Source: Chthoniobacterales bacterium (GTDB taxonomy: Bacteria > Verrucomicrobiota > Verrucomicrobiia > Chthoniobacterales > UBA10450). From it: DNA of 64,000 bases. The DNA lies in contig JBBQHM010000001.1 in NCBI GenBank assembly GCA_038323965.1, positions 889 to 64,888 of the forward strand. Direction: 5' to 3'. The translations under genes and the position numbers were made by a program. Shown piece by piece: positions 1-9,170 of this stretch. Numbering within the stretch: position 1 is the first letter of the stretch; every line of letters begins with the position of its first letter. The notes beneath the pieces are model-generated. The model was not told the origin of the DNA, ran no database searches, and saw nothing but the letters and a program-made list of their open reading frames with translations.

Positions 1-140
1 GTCGACATCGGCGGATAGATGTTTTCGTCCGATCCTGTGACGGTGAGGCCCCGCTCCCGCAATGCTGCCGCCACCGCACCCATCGCGGTTCCGCAAATGC
101 CGAGGAAATGAAAATGTCGCGCGTCGCGCTTCTGGCTCAC
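1..140 (-). CDS. mpl: UDP-N-acetylmuramate:L-alanyl-gamma-D-glutamyl-meso-diaminopimelate ligase (Mpl), N-terminal fragment; gene continues left of the window
   Basis: My own minus-strand translation from GTG at 140 gives VSQKRDARHFHFLGICGTAMGAVAAALRERGLTVTGSDENIYPPMS. It has the Mur-ligase N-terminal GICGTxMG motif and the Mpl-typical YPPMS. Confidence 0.65.
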   Translation of the reverse strand, partial: MSQKRDARHFHFLGICGTAMGAVAAALRERGLTVTGSDENIYPPMS

Positions 141-205
141 GCGTCTTCTTTACCCGCGCCAAAAACTTTCGCCACCGAAAGCGAGATTGAACGCTCAACA
201 CCGCG

Positions 206-307
206 GTCATCCCGAGCGGAGTGAAGCGCAGTCGAGGGACCCCGTGGCATTCCGCGTAGCTTTGCCTCACGTCCGCAACGGGGTCCCTCTGCTTCGCTCG
301 GGATGAC
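206..307. repeat. palindromic intergenic repeat, copy 1
   Basis: Arms GTCATCCCGAGCGGAGTGAAGCGCAGTCGAGGGACCCCGT ... ACGGGGTCCCTCTGCTTCGCTCGGGATGAC. The terminal inverted repeats are shared with 6 other copies in the window. Confidence 0.9.
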
Positions 308-317
308 CGAGTTGCGG

Positions 318-2423
318 CTACTTTTTCTTGAAGACCTCAACCGCATTCCACGCTTCATCCGGCGGATTCAATTCGTAGGCCGCCGCGTGGTCATGATACA
401 TGTGTGCCAGGTAATCGTCCGGATAAGCCTCCTGGAATTGCATGAACAAATTCTTGGCACCGGTGAAATCGCGCTCGCGGAACTTGCGGAACGCGTCTTC
501 GTAAATATCGAGCAACCGTGCGCGCTCCAGCTCGATTTTATCGGTTTTCGCCCCGATGATCGTTGCCACTTCCACCGGCTCGGTTTTCCCCTTCACCTGC
601 ACGCGCGCGACGCTGCGCAGGCGAAATTCATCCTTGATCAACTCGATCGCGCTCGCGCCGACTAGAATATCGACAGCGTACGTGCGAGTGAGCGCTTCCA
701 GCCGTGACGCAAGATTTACCGCATCGCCGATAACGGTGAGATCGGCACGTTCCTGCGAACCAATATTTCCGGCCAGCACTTCGCCGTGATTGACGCCAAT
801 ACCCATGCCGAGCATCATGCGCCCTTCCGTGCGCCAGCCTTCGTTCAGGCGTTTCAACTCCCGGCGCATCGCCAGTGCCGTCCGCGCGGCCAGCTTCGCG
901 TCCTCGGCCACACCGCGGCTCTGGACATTGCCCCATACGACCATGATGGCGTCGCCGATAAATTTATCGAGGGTCCCGCCATTCTCGAAAACGACGTGCG
1001 TCATCGCGCTCAGATACTCGTTCAGCTGAGTGACGAGCGCCTCCGGATCGGCTTTTTCGGAAAGCGTGGTGAAGCCGATGAGGTCGGAGAACAGCATCGT
1101 CGCTGGCATGCGCGCGCCTTTGAGTGAATTGAGGTATCCGCCGGGATTCTCGAGAATTTCCTTCACGAGATTTTTCGATACGTAACGCTCGAGCGTGCGC
1201 CGCGTGCGCACTTTCTCGAGACGCTCGAGGATGTAATCGAACCCAAGCGAAAAAATGCTGCTCAACAGAAAAGCAGAGAGCACCGGCACAACCAGCAGGA
1301 AAAACCCACGCTGGTTGTATAATTCGAGCGCGACAAACACATACAAGACGGTCAGTCCGATGACCGCCGCGAGCGAAAATGTCGGTCGCCGGAGGAGTGC
1401 TATGAGCAGCCACGCCATCAAGCCCGCGGCGCCAACGAGGGCATAGCCAAGCGTAGGATTGGTTGGGCTCAAAAACTCGTGACCTATCGCAGCCGCCATC
1501 GCATGCAGATGCAGGACCGGTCCATACATCGCCGTCTCGATGGGCGTGTTGACGACGTCATGAACCACCGGTGACGAATCTCCGACGACGATGATCTTGT
1601 TTTTGAAGAAAGCGCCGCTGCCGTAGTTCGCTTTCCAACTTCTATCGTCGAAGATTTCCCACAATTTCAGCGGCTGGTATGATCCGGCCGCGCAGTAGCG
1701 GAAAGTCCGGGGAGTAAAATCCTTCGGAACGTCCGCGGCGTGTCCAACCTTGGTCATCGCCCGCGCACTCAGCGACTGATAAACCGGCTCCCCCGGGAAC
1801 GGTGGCAGTCCAACAAGTATGCGGTCACTCCCCAAGTACTGTGCGGCACGAACTTTCTGATCCATCTGGTCAGGGAAAAAATTCACCAGCCCGACGCGGT
1901 CATCCTGCTCCGGCGGCGGTGGGATCAGGGTCGCGTTCGGGCCTACAATTTTGCTCGAGGCCCGATCAAAGTTTGCGCCAATAACAACGTGATCTCGATA
2001 CTTCTCGAGCGCAGAATGAAACGCCGCATCTCCGTCGTTGGGGGGATTAAAAATGAGATCGAAGATAACGACTTGCGCTCCACCCTCGCCCACCAATCGA
2101 TCCAGCAGGAGCGACCAAATTTCCCGCGACCAAGGGAAAGGTCGCTCCGTCATCAGTTGAAATGCTCGATTCGTTGCGATTTCTTCAGGACCCACTGCGG
2201 TCAGTTGGCGCGATTCTTCATCGAGCCCGACAAACGCAAAATCTTCACGTGCCGGCGTCGTTCGTCCGTCACGGCGAAGCTTATCCTCGAAGCCTTGCTC
2301 ACCGGACCACGGGGAGAAGAGGAAGGGCACGGTGGGGAATGCGCGCCCGAGGAAAATGAGCCCCGTCCAGAAGATGCAGATCGCCGCGAGCGCAGTCCGA
2401 CGATGTTGCGAGAGCCAGTTCAC
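318..2423 (-). CDS. CHASE2-sensor class III adenylate/guanylate cyclase
   Basis: 701 aa with an N-terminal TM segment, a large extracytoplasmic region, then 3 TM segments. The cyclase catalytic core has FSDLIGFTTLSE, GDAIMVVWG and GVNHGEVLAGNIGS motifs. Confidence 0.85.
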   Translation of the reverse strand: MNWLSQHRRTALAAICIFWTGLIFLGRAFPTVPFLFSPWSGEQGFEDKLRRDGRTTPAREDFAFVGLDEESRQLTAVGPEEIATNRAFQLMTERPFPWSREIWSLLLDRLVGEGGAQVVIFDLIFNPPNDGDAAFHSALEKYRDHVVIGANFDRASSKIVGPNATLIPPPPEQDDRVGLVNFFPDQMDQKVRAAQYLGSDRILVGLPPFPGEPVYQSLSARAMTKVGHAADVPKDFTPRTFRYCAAGSYQPLKLWEIFDDRSWKANYGSGAFFKNKIIVVGDSSPVVHDVVNTPIETAMYGPVLHLHAMAAAIGHEFLSPTNPTLGYALVGAAGLMAWLLIALLRRPTFSLAAVIGLTVLYVFVALELYNQRGFFLLVVPVLSAFLLSSIFSLGFDYILERLEKVRTRRTLERYVSKNLVKEILENPGGYLNSLKGARMPATMLFSDLIGFTTLSEKADPEALVTQLNEYLSAMTHVVFENGGTLDKFIGDAIMVVWGNVQSRGVAEDAKLAARTALAMRRELKRLNEGWRTEGRMMLGMGIGVNHGEVLAGNIGSQERADLTVIGDAVNLASRLEALTRTYAVDILVGASAIELIKDEFRLRSVARVQVKGKTEPVEVATIIGAKTDKIELERARLLDIYEDAFRKFRERDFTGAKNLFMQFQEAYPDDYLAHMYHDHAAAYELNPPDEAWNAVEVFKKK

Positions 2424-2474
2424 GCCGCGACGTTATGAAAGTGCGTTTCGTTGAGGAAGCGCAAAACCTCTCCG

Positions 2475-2565
2475 GTCATCCCGAGCGAAGCCGAGGGACC
2501 CAGTCGACGCAGAAGCGACGCGGCTGGTTGTTCCACGGGGTTCCTCGGCTTTCGCTCGGGATGAC
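2475..2565. repeat. palindromic intergenic repeat, copy 2
   Basis: GTCATCCCGAGCGAAGCCGAGGGACCC ... GGGGTTCCTCGGCTTTCGCTCGGGATGAC. Confidence 0.9.
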
Positions 2566-2762
2566 CGGGAAACTGACCCAAACATTGGTTGCGCAGGTTG
2601 CGATTTGCCAAACCGCACCTAATCTCCCCACCGGTTCGCAGTTGAACCAAGATCTGCTCACCTGGTCCGCAAGTCGGATCTGATCAGCACGCGAGGTCGC
2701 GCAGATCATATATATAAGAACAGCGCGCTGAATGAGGATCCCGCCCCGGCGGGAATAACAAC

Positions 2763-3158
2763 ATGCCAAGAGCCACCAACGCCCCGGCCAGCCGGGAGCG
2801 ACGCAAACGCGTTATCAAAGCCGCGAAAGGTTATCGCGGACGCCGTTCTAAACTTTTCCGTTACGCGAAGGATGCGACGATGAAGGCCAAGTATTGGTCT
2901 TATCGCGATCGCAAGACACGCAAACGCAATTTCCGCATGCTCTGGGTGCAGCGCTTGAATGCCGCCGCCCGGGCACACGGCCTGACCTACAGCCGTTTCG
3001 CCGAAGGCTTGAAAGCTTCCGGTATTGGCCTCGACCGGAAAATTCTCGCTGATCTCTGCGTGAACGACGAAGCCGCCTTCAAGAGCATCGTCGAGCAGGT
3101 GAAGACGGCGCTCGAGAAGAAGTCGAGCGAGAAGCCGAAAGCGAAGAAAGCCGCGTAG
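2763..3158 (+). CDS. rplT: 50S ribosomal protein L20
   Basis: MPRATNAPASRERRKRVIKAAKGYRGRRSKLFR... is the typical L20 N-terminus. 131 aa, immediately upstream of pheS. Confidence 0.95.
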   Translation: MPRATNAPASRERRKRVIKAAKGYRGRRSKLFRYAKDATMKAKYWSYRDRKTRKRNFRMLWVQRLNAAARAHGLTYSRFAEGLKASGIGLDRKILADLCVNDEAAFKSIVEQVKTALEKKSSEKPKAKKAA

Positions 3159-3242
3159 CGTAGTTGTGGGGCAGGCGGTGCGCCCGCCCTACAATCGAGA
3201 AGAGCGTTGAACGTTGCGTGTTCGCCGTTCACGTTAATTCCG

Positions 3243-4259
3243 ATGACGCACCCGCTCGAAGTCCTGCGCGCCGACGCGTTGCGCGAGATCGCCGACGCGA
3301 CGGATGAGAAATCTCTCGACGCCGCGCGCGTAAAATTCCTCGGTAAGAGCGGCAGCATCACGGCCTGGAGCGACAAAATGAAGTCGCTCTCTAAAGAAGA
3401 GAAACCGGTCGTCGGCAAACTGCTCAACGAAACGCGCAACGCCGTCACGCCTGCACTCGAGGCGCGCGCCGCAGAATTTCGCGAACGCACCGAGATCGCA
3501 TCGCTTTCGAACATCGACATCACCTTGCCCGGAACACCGCACGCACGCGGCGCAATTCATCCCCTCACCCAGATGCTTGATCGCAGCATTTCGATTTTTC
3601 GACGCATGGGATTCGCGCTCGCCGACGGGCCGGATGTCGATGACGAATGGCACTGCTTCGACGCCCTGAATACCGCCGCCGATCATCCTGCGCGCAACGA
3701 ACAGGACACATTTTATCTGCCCGACGGCCGTTTACTGCGAACGCACACTTCCACCGTCCAGATTCGAACGATGGCATCCGCGCCGCCGCCGATTCGCGTG
3801 ATCGCACCCGGCGCCGCGTATCGGCGTGATGAAGTTGACGCTACGCACAGCGCGCAGTTCCACCAGATCGAAGGTCTCTACGTCGATAAAGATGTGAGCG
3901 TCGCCGACCTCAAAGGCACGATTGAGTTTTTCCTTCGTGAGCTGCTTGGCTCGAAAACGCAGGTTCGTTTCCGTCCGCATTTTTTCCCGTTCACCGAGCC
4001 GAGTTTTGAATTCGATGTGAAATCGAAAGCGCTGAAAACCGGCGAAAAATGGCTGGAACTGGCGGGGTGCGGAATAGTGCATCCCACCGTCTTCGAAGAA
4101 GTGAACCGCGCCCGCGGCGACAACGCTTACGATCCCGAGGAAAACACGGGGTTCGCCTTTGGCCTCGGGATGGATCGGCTCGCCATGATCATGTTCGATA
4201 TTCCCGACATCCGGCTTTTCGCGCAGAACGATCTGCGTTTCCTGAGGCAGTTCGCGTGA
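3243..4259 (+). CDS. pheS: phenylalanine--tRNA ligase alpha subunit
   Basis: Class II aaRS motifs (FRPHFFPFTEPSFEFD, GCGIVHP, AFGLGMDRLAM). Start placed at ATG 3243 (MTHPLEVL...) inside the 3207 ORF. Confidence 0.93.
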   Translation: MTHPLEVLRADALREIADATDEKSLDAARVKFLGKSGSITAWSDKMKSLSKEEKPVVGKLLNETRNAVTPALEARAAEFRERTEIASLSNIDITLPGTPHARGAIHPLTQMLDRSISIFRRMGFALADGPDVDDEWHCFDALNTAADHPARNEQDTFYLPDGRLLRTHTSTVQIRTMASAPPPIRVIAPGAAYRRDEVDATHSAQFHQIEGLYVDKDVSVADLKGTIEFFLRELLGSKTQVRFRPHFFPFTEPSFEFDVKSKALKTGEKWLELAGCGIVHPTVFEEVNRARGDNAYDPEENTGFAFGLGMDRLAMIMFDIPDIRLFAQNDLRFLRQFA

Positions 4260-4269
4260 GCAAACAACG

Positions 4270-4350
4270 GTCATCCCGAGCGAAGCCGAGGGACCCCGCG
4301 GCGGTACGATTGCTTTCGCGACGGGGTCCCTCGGCTTCGCTCGGGATAAC
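4270..4350. repeat. palindromic intergenic repeat, copy 3
   Basis: GTCATCCCGAGCGAAGCCGAGGGACCCCGCG ... CGACGGGGTCCCTCGGCTTCGCTCGGGATAAC, lying between pheS and pheT. Confidence 0.9.
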
Positions 4351-4362
4351 GGACTTAGAGTC

Positions 4363-6723
4363 ATGAAGTTTTCTCTCAACTGGCTGCGCGAGTTCGTTGA
4401 CCTTCCACCGAGCGTGGACGCACTGGCGGAACTTCTTACCCTTGCCGGCGTCGAGATCGAAGGTATCGAAAAACGCGGCGCCGATTTTGAGAAGGTCGTC
4501 GTCGCGCAAATCAAGGAATCAAAGCAGCATCCAAACGCCGATCGCCTCAGCGTTTGCGTAGTGGACGACGGCAGCGGGACGCCGCGCCAAATCGTTTGCG
4601 GCGCGAAGAACTACAAGGTGGGCGACAAGGTCCCGCTCGCGCTGCCAGGCGCAGAATTGCCCGGCGACCTCAAGATCAAGGCGAGCAAACTGCGCGGAGT
4701 CGAAAGTGAAGGAATGCTTTGCAGCGCCAGGGAACTTGGCATCGCCGAAGATGCGGCTGGCCTGCTCATTTTATCGCCCGAAGCCAGGATCGGCACTCCG
4801 ATCGGAACGCTTTTTCCTGCCGATACCATTTTCGACGTCGAGATCACACCCAACCGCGGCGATCTTTTAAGTCACCTCGGTCTGGCGCGGGAAATCTCGG
4901 CTCTTGTTGGACAACCGCTCCGGTCGCCTATCGCGAAGACGTCCCGCGTCGCGCCCACCCTGCAAACGGGCGGCGTCATGATTTCTGCAGAGCGCGAATG
5001 TCCTTTCTACTCCGCGCGCCGGATCGAAAACATCACCGTCGGCCCAAGCCCGGAATGGTTGCGCGCGAAAATCGAAAGCGTCGGCATTCGGTCCATTAAC
5101 AACGTCGTCGATATCACCAACTTTGTGATGCTAGAGCTTGGTCAACCGCTGCACGCTTTCGACGCCGATAAACTCGAAGGCGCGATCAACGTTCGGCTCG
5201 CGCAGGCCGACGAAAAATTTCTCGCGCTCGACGGCAAAACCTATTCGCTCCGCGCGACTGATCTCGTCGTTGGCGATCAAAAATGCGCCGTCGCGATCGC
5301 GGGCGTGATGGGCGGAGAAGAAACCGGCGTCACGGCCACAACGAAAAACGTCCTGCTGGAGAGCGCCTACTTTCGACCGGAAACCGTTCGGAAAACAGCT
5401 CGCGAATTGAATTTGCCGAGCGATTCCAGCTATCGCTTCGAGCGCGGCATCGATCCCGGAATGACCATGCGAGCGTCGGAGCGCGCCGCGAATTTCATTC
5501 ACGAAATCGCGAACGGAGTTCCGATCAAGGAAACCGACATCGCGGGCGACCTGCCGAATAGTCCGCCGGATGTCCGGTTACGATCTGGGCGTGCCGATAA
5601 AATTCTTGGGGTTCATCTCGAAGCCAGTCGCATGGACGAAATTCTAACGAGATTTGGGTTGGTTAAGTCGGGCGAGGAAAGCTGGACAATTCCAAGCTTC
5701 CGCCGCGACCTCGCCCGCGAAGAGGACCTCATCGAGGAGATCGTTCGCGTTCACGGCATCGATAATATCAAGGCAACAGATCGCACTCGTTCGACGCCTC
5801 TCAGTGCCGCGGACCACGCCTACGATTTCGAGGCGGAGCTGCGGCAACAAATGATCGCCGCCGGATTGAACGAAGTGCGTACTTCGCGACTCATTCCGCG
5901 CGCACTGATCGGAAGCGGATTTTCCGAACGCGCGGCCCATCTGCGCAATCCGCTGAATGAGGATCACGTCGCGTTGCGCCCGAGCTTGATTGCCGGATTG
6001 CTCGACGTGGTCGGGCGGAATTTGCGAGCCGGCATGTCTAGCATTGCGCTTTTTGAATTGGGTCGCGTGTTCGATTCCGAAACCGCGATCGAGGAACAAC
6101 GTCTCGCCCTCGTGCTCACGGGCGCGCGCACCAACACGCCTGATTGGCGGGGCGAACCGAAGCGACGCTTCGACGTTTTCGATGTCAAAGGCGTTATCGA
6201 TTCGATCGCGGTTTCCTGTCGCCGCGATTACGCGAAAACCTCTCACCCGAGCCTCGCACTGGCAGCGCAGATCAATTTAAATGCGAAACCTGCAGGTATC
6301 TTTGGCCAGCTGGCGCGCTCACTCGCGAACGGACTGGATGCAACCAGCGGAATTTTCGTCGCCGAGTTTAAGCTTGATGCGATTCTTGCCGGGCGCAGCT
6401 CGACGAAGCGCTTCGCGGAGATCGATAAATTCCCTTCGGTCACGCGCGACATTGCGATGATTGCACCCGATCAACTCGCGCACGCCGAAATCACGCGCGT
6501 AATCGGTTCACCAAAGGAACCGCTCCTCGCGTCGATCGATCTTTTCGATTTGTTCACCGGCAGCGCGGAAAATGCTGTGGGCGCAGGTCGCAAGTCGGTT
6601 GCGTATTCATTGACGTATCGATCGAATAATCGCACGCTAACCAACGACGAAGTGAACGCAGCACATGGACGCATCCGGGAACGGTTACGGACCGAATTAG
6701 GTGTAGAGCTGCGCGAGCAGTAG
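4363..6723 (+). CDS. pheT: phenylalanine--tRNA ligase beta subunit
   Basis: 786 aa. MKFSLNWLREFVDL start, tRNA-binding domain (HPNADRLSVC), B3/4, B5 and FDX-ACB-like C-terminus. Confidence 0.95.
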   Translation: MKFSLNWLREFVDLPPSVDALAELLTLAGVEIEGIEKRGADFEKVVVAQIKESKQHPNADRLSVCVVDDGSGTPRQIVCGAKNYKVGDKVPLALPGAELPGDLKIKASKLRGVESEGMLCSARELGIAEDAAGLLILSPEARIGTPIGTLFPADTIFDVEITPNRGDLLSHLGLAREISALVGQPLRSPIAKTSRVAPTLQTGGVMISAERECPFYSARRIENITVGPSPEWLRAKIESVGIRSINNVVDITNFVMLELGQPLHAFDADKLEGAINVRLAQADEKFLALDGKTYSLRATDLVVGDQKCAVAIAGVMGGEETGVTATTKNVLLESAYFRPETVRKTARELNLPSDSSYRFERGIDPGMTMRASERAANFIHEIANGVPIKETDIAGDLPNSPPDVRLRSGRADKILGVHLEASRMDEILTRFGLVKSGEESWTIPSFRRDLAREEDLIEEIVRVHGIDNIKATDRTRSTPLSAADHAYDFEAELRQQMIAAGLNEVRTSRLIPRALIGSGFSERAAHLRNPLNEDHVALRPSLIAGLLDVVGRNLRAGMSSIALFELGRVFDSETAIEEQRLALVLTGARTNTPDWRGEPKRRFDVFDVKGVIDSIAVSCRRDYAKTSHPSLALAAQINLNAKPAGIFGQLARSLANGLDATSGIFVAEFKLDAILAGRSSTKRFAEIDKFPSVTRDIAMIAPDQLAHAEITRVIGSPKEPLLASIDLFDLFTGSAENAVGAGRKSVAYSLTYRSNNRTLTNDEVNAAHGRIRERLRTELGVELREQ

Positions 6724-7003
6724 TTCTTTGAAATTCGCTGAGAGGCGCCGGTTGAGGGTTGGGATGGAAAGCAGCTTTTTCCGCTCAACTCTCTACCGAC
6801 GACTTTTAGCATTTACGCTGCGATGTACGCGATTACAGGTGTGAATCCCGAACCGATATTTCATTAACAATGGAGGCTTGGTTGTCGGCGACATGACATG
6901 CCTTCATTGGAAGTCAGGAGCGCCGGCGCCGGTCATCCGCCCGTTACCGATAGGGAACGGGAATTCCTCCTAAACGGCACCTGCGGGGTATCTTTTTCCA
7001 AAG

Positions 7004-7042
7004 CGCCCGGATCGAAAAATCGATTCGGGCGTTTTTGCTTTT
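7004..7042 (+). terminator. strong intrinsic terminator with no obvious cognate gene
   Basis: 12-bp stem CGCCCGGATCGA / TCGATTCGGGCG (one G.T pair), AAAA loop, followed by TTTTTGCTTTT. It lies 281 nt downstream of the pheT stop. Confidence 0.7.
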
Positions 7043-7051
7043 CATCTAATC

Positions 7052-7133
7052 GTCATCCCGAGCGAAGCCGAGGGACCCCGTCGCGGTAGCTGTGATTTGC
7101 GTCACGGGGTCCCTCGACTTCGCTCGGGATGAC
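7052..7133. repeat. palindromic intergenic repeat, copy 4
   Basis: GTCATCCCGAGCGAAGCCGAGGGACCCCGTCGC ... CACGGGGTCCCTCGACTTCGCTCGGGATGAC, 60 nt upstream of carA. Confidence 0.9.
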
Positions 7134-7192
7134 AGAAGCGGCGCGGCGCTTCCACGTTGAAATTCCACGCGATGCGCCGAAACTGCCCGCCG

Positions 7193-8329
7193 ATGCGCGC
7201 ACTTCTCGCTCTCGAAGATGGCCGGACATTCGAGGGCGAATCCTTCGGCGCGACGGGCACGAGCGTCGGCGAGATTTGTTTCAATACCTCGATGACCGGT
7301 TACCAGGAAGTGCTAACCGATCCTTCCTACCGCGGCCAGATCGTCGCCATGACTTATCCGCTCATCGGAAATTACGGCACGAACGCGCTCGACCAGGAAA
7401 GCGGCGAGCCGCACGTGCGCGGATTCGTCATCGAAGAATTGAGCGAGATCGCGAGCAACTGGCGTTCAGAAACCTCGCTCAATGATTACCTGAAGCGCTG
7501 GAAAATTCCCGGCATCCAGGGAATCGACACGCGCGCTCTGACGCGACATCTCCGCACGCTCGGCGCCATGAAAGCCTGCCTCACGACCGAGGATATTTCG
7601 CCGGAGCACGCGACCAAACGCGCGCTGGAAGGCGCAGGCGTGATCGGCATGGATTACGTGCGCGAAGTTACCGCGCAGAAATCGTATCGCTGGGATCCGG
7701 ACGATTCGCTCAGTGAGATTTGGTCGATCGCGACGGGCGACGCGCGACCTTTGCTTCCCCCGATTAGATATCGCGTCGTGGCCTACGATTACGGCATTAA
7801 ACAAAACATCCTGCGCCTGCTTCGACAGCACGGATTTGAAGTTACCGTTGTCCCGGCCACCACGAGCGCGGCCGACGCGTTGCAGTTTAATCCCGACGGC
7901 ATCTTTCTCTCGAATGGTCCCGGCGATCCTGCGGCGCTCGACTACGCGCACGAAGCGGTTCGCGGGTTGATGGGCCAGAAACCGATCTTCGGGATTTGTC
8001 TCGGTCACCAGGTGCTGGGTTACGCCTACGGCGGCAAAACCTTCAAGCTTAAGTTCGGACATCGCGGCGGGAATCAGCCGGTGAAGGATCTCCGCACCGG
8101 CAAAGTTGCGATCACGTCACAGAATCACGGCTTCGCGGTCGATCCCGATTCCTTGCCGAAGGAAGTGGAAGTGACGCATGTGAATCTGAATGACGGCACC
8201 GTCGAAGGCATGCGGCATCGCGAACTGCCGGTGTTTAGCGTGCAATATCATCCGGAAGCCGCGCCCGGCCCGCACGATGCCGCATATTTTTTCGAACAAT
8301 TCGCGGAGTTGATCGAAGCAAATCGCTGA
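7193..8329 (+). CDS. carA: carbamoyl-phosphate synthase small (glutaminase) subunit
   Basis: [20 protein letters not shown] start and a GATase triad region ([20 protein letters not shown]). Confidence 0.93.
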   Translation: MRALLALEDGRTFEGESFGATGTSVGEICFNTSMTGYQEVLTDPSYRGQIVAMTYPLIGNYGTNALDQESGEPHVRGFVIEELSEIASNWRSETSLNDYLKRWKIPGIQGIDTRALTRHLRTLGAMKACLTTEDISPEHATKRALEGAGVIGMDYVREVTAQKSYRWDPDDSLSEIWSIATGDARPLLPPIRYRVVAYDYGIKQNILRLLRQHGFEVTVVPATTSAADALQFNPDGIFLSNGPGDPAALDYAHEAVRGLMGQKPIFGICLGHQVLGYAYGGKTFKLKFGHRGGNQPVKDLRTGKVAITSQNHGFAVDPDSLPKEVEVTHVNLNDGTVEGMRHRELPVFSVQYHPEAAPGPHDAAYFFEQFAELIEANR

Positions 8330-8364
8330 TCCGACGCTGCCGCTGCGCGAACGGAAAAAGCATC

Positions 8365-9120
8365 CTACCTCGCGGGCCCGAGCGCGGCATCATACTCGCC
8401 GGCTGCTACATGACCGCGCAGCGCGATCACTTCCTTTAACATTCGCAGGGAATCGTGCACAAAATGCACTTTGCTGCCGTCGTGATGGTTCCACCTCACC
8501 GGTAACTCCCGCAGCTTCAGCCCGGCGCGCTGCGCCAATAATAGAAGCTCCACGTCGAAACCGAAGCCATCGATTTTCGCCGCCTCAACCACTGGCCGGC
8601 AAGCGGCCATCCGAAATGCCTTGAAGCCGCATTGCGTGTCCCAGAACGGCAAGCCGGTTGACGTTCGCACCATTAAATTGAAAACGCGCCCAGCCTGTTC
8701 GCGACGCCACGGCTGACGGTTCCCAATCAATTTCCGGTCGAGCGCCCGTGAACCGAATGCGACATCGACGTCGCCTGTTAAAATCGGCGTCACGAGTTTT
8801 GGCATCTCCTCGATCGGAGTTGATAAATCCGCGTCCGAAAAAAGCGCGATCTCCCGCTGCGCCGCCAGCAACCCCTGGCGCACCGCCGCTCCTTTTCCGC
8901 GATTCCGCGCATTCTCCAGCAGGCGCGTCGTGACCGGATGTTGCTCGGCGAAAATATTGCGCGCGACCTCTGCGGTCGTGTCGTTTGAGCCGTCGTCGAC
9001 GACAATCAGTTCGCTCCCGGGCGATTCGCGATCGAGATACGCAATGGTCGCGCGCAACGTTTCACCGAGCCGAACAGCTTCGTCATAAGCTGGAATGATT
9101 ACAGAGATGGCGGGCAGCAT
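8365..9120 (-). CDS. family 2 glycosyltransferase (polyprenyl-phosphate hexosyltransferase-like)
   Basis: VIIPAYDE...VVDDGSNDTT...DADLS is the GT-A DXD architecture. 251 aa. Confidence 0.8.
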   Translation of the reverse strand: MLPAISVIIPAYDEAVRLGETLRATIAYLDRESPGSELIVVDDGSNDTTAEVARNIFAEQHPVTTRLLENARNRGKGAAVRQGLLAAQREIALFSDADLSTPIEEMPKLVTPILTGDVDVAFGSRALDRKLIGNRQPWRREQAGRVFNLMVRTSTGLPFWDTQCGFKAFRMAACRPVVEAAKIDGFGFDVELLLLAQRAGLKLRELPVRWNHHDGSKVHFVHDSLRMLKEVIALRGHVAAGEYDAALGPAR

Positions 9121-9170
9121 GTGGACAGGGAGACGGAGAACCGCCGGGATTCAGCGAAACAAAATCTGCG

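Noticed and set aside
137-358. Short ORFs encoding ...VIPSEAEGPR... or similar peptides: 137-358, 2420-2650, 2435-2683, 4189-4509, 6898-7089, 7102-7284, 22149-22451 and 48587-48817.
   Set aside because: Each is just a translation through a copy of the palindromic intergenic repeat. The shared peptide reflects the shared DNA repeat, on both strands, and is not a gene family.
3732-4514. Long antisense or alternative-frame ORFs inside well-supported genes: for example 3732-4514 (260 aa), 23288-23989, 23913-24869 (318 aa), 30395-31195, 32435-33130, 50726-51424, 62279-62884 and 63044-63610.
   Set aside because: These are typical high-GC shadow ORFs. Their composition is Arg/Ala/Gly-rich and they carry no motifs. 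Each overlaps a gene with clear family signatures on the other strand or in another frame.
6724-7003. SRP (4.5S) RNA, 6S RNA or a pyrimidine (PyrR) leader in the pheT-carA intergenic region.
   Set aside because: I found no GGUCAGGUCCGGAAGGAAGCAGCC-like SRP core, no PyrR binding loop and no convincing end-to-end 6S pairing. The region is kept only as an unspecified candidate sRNA or 3' UTR.
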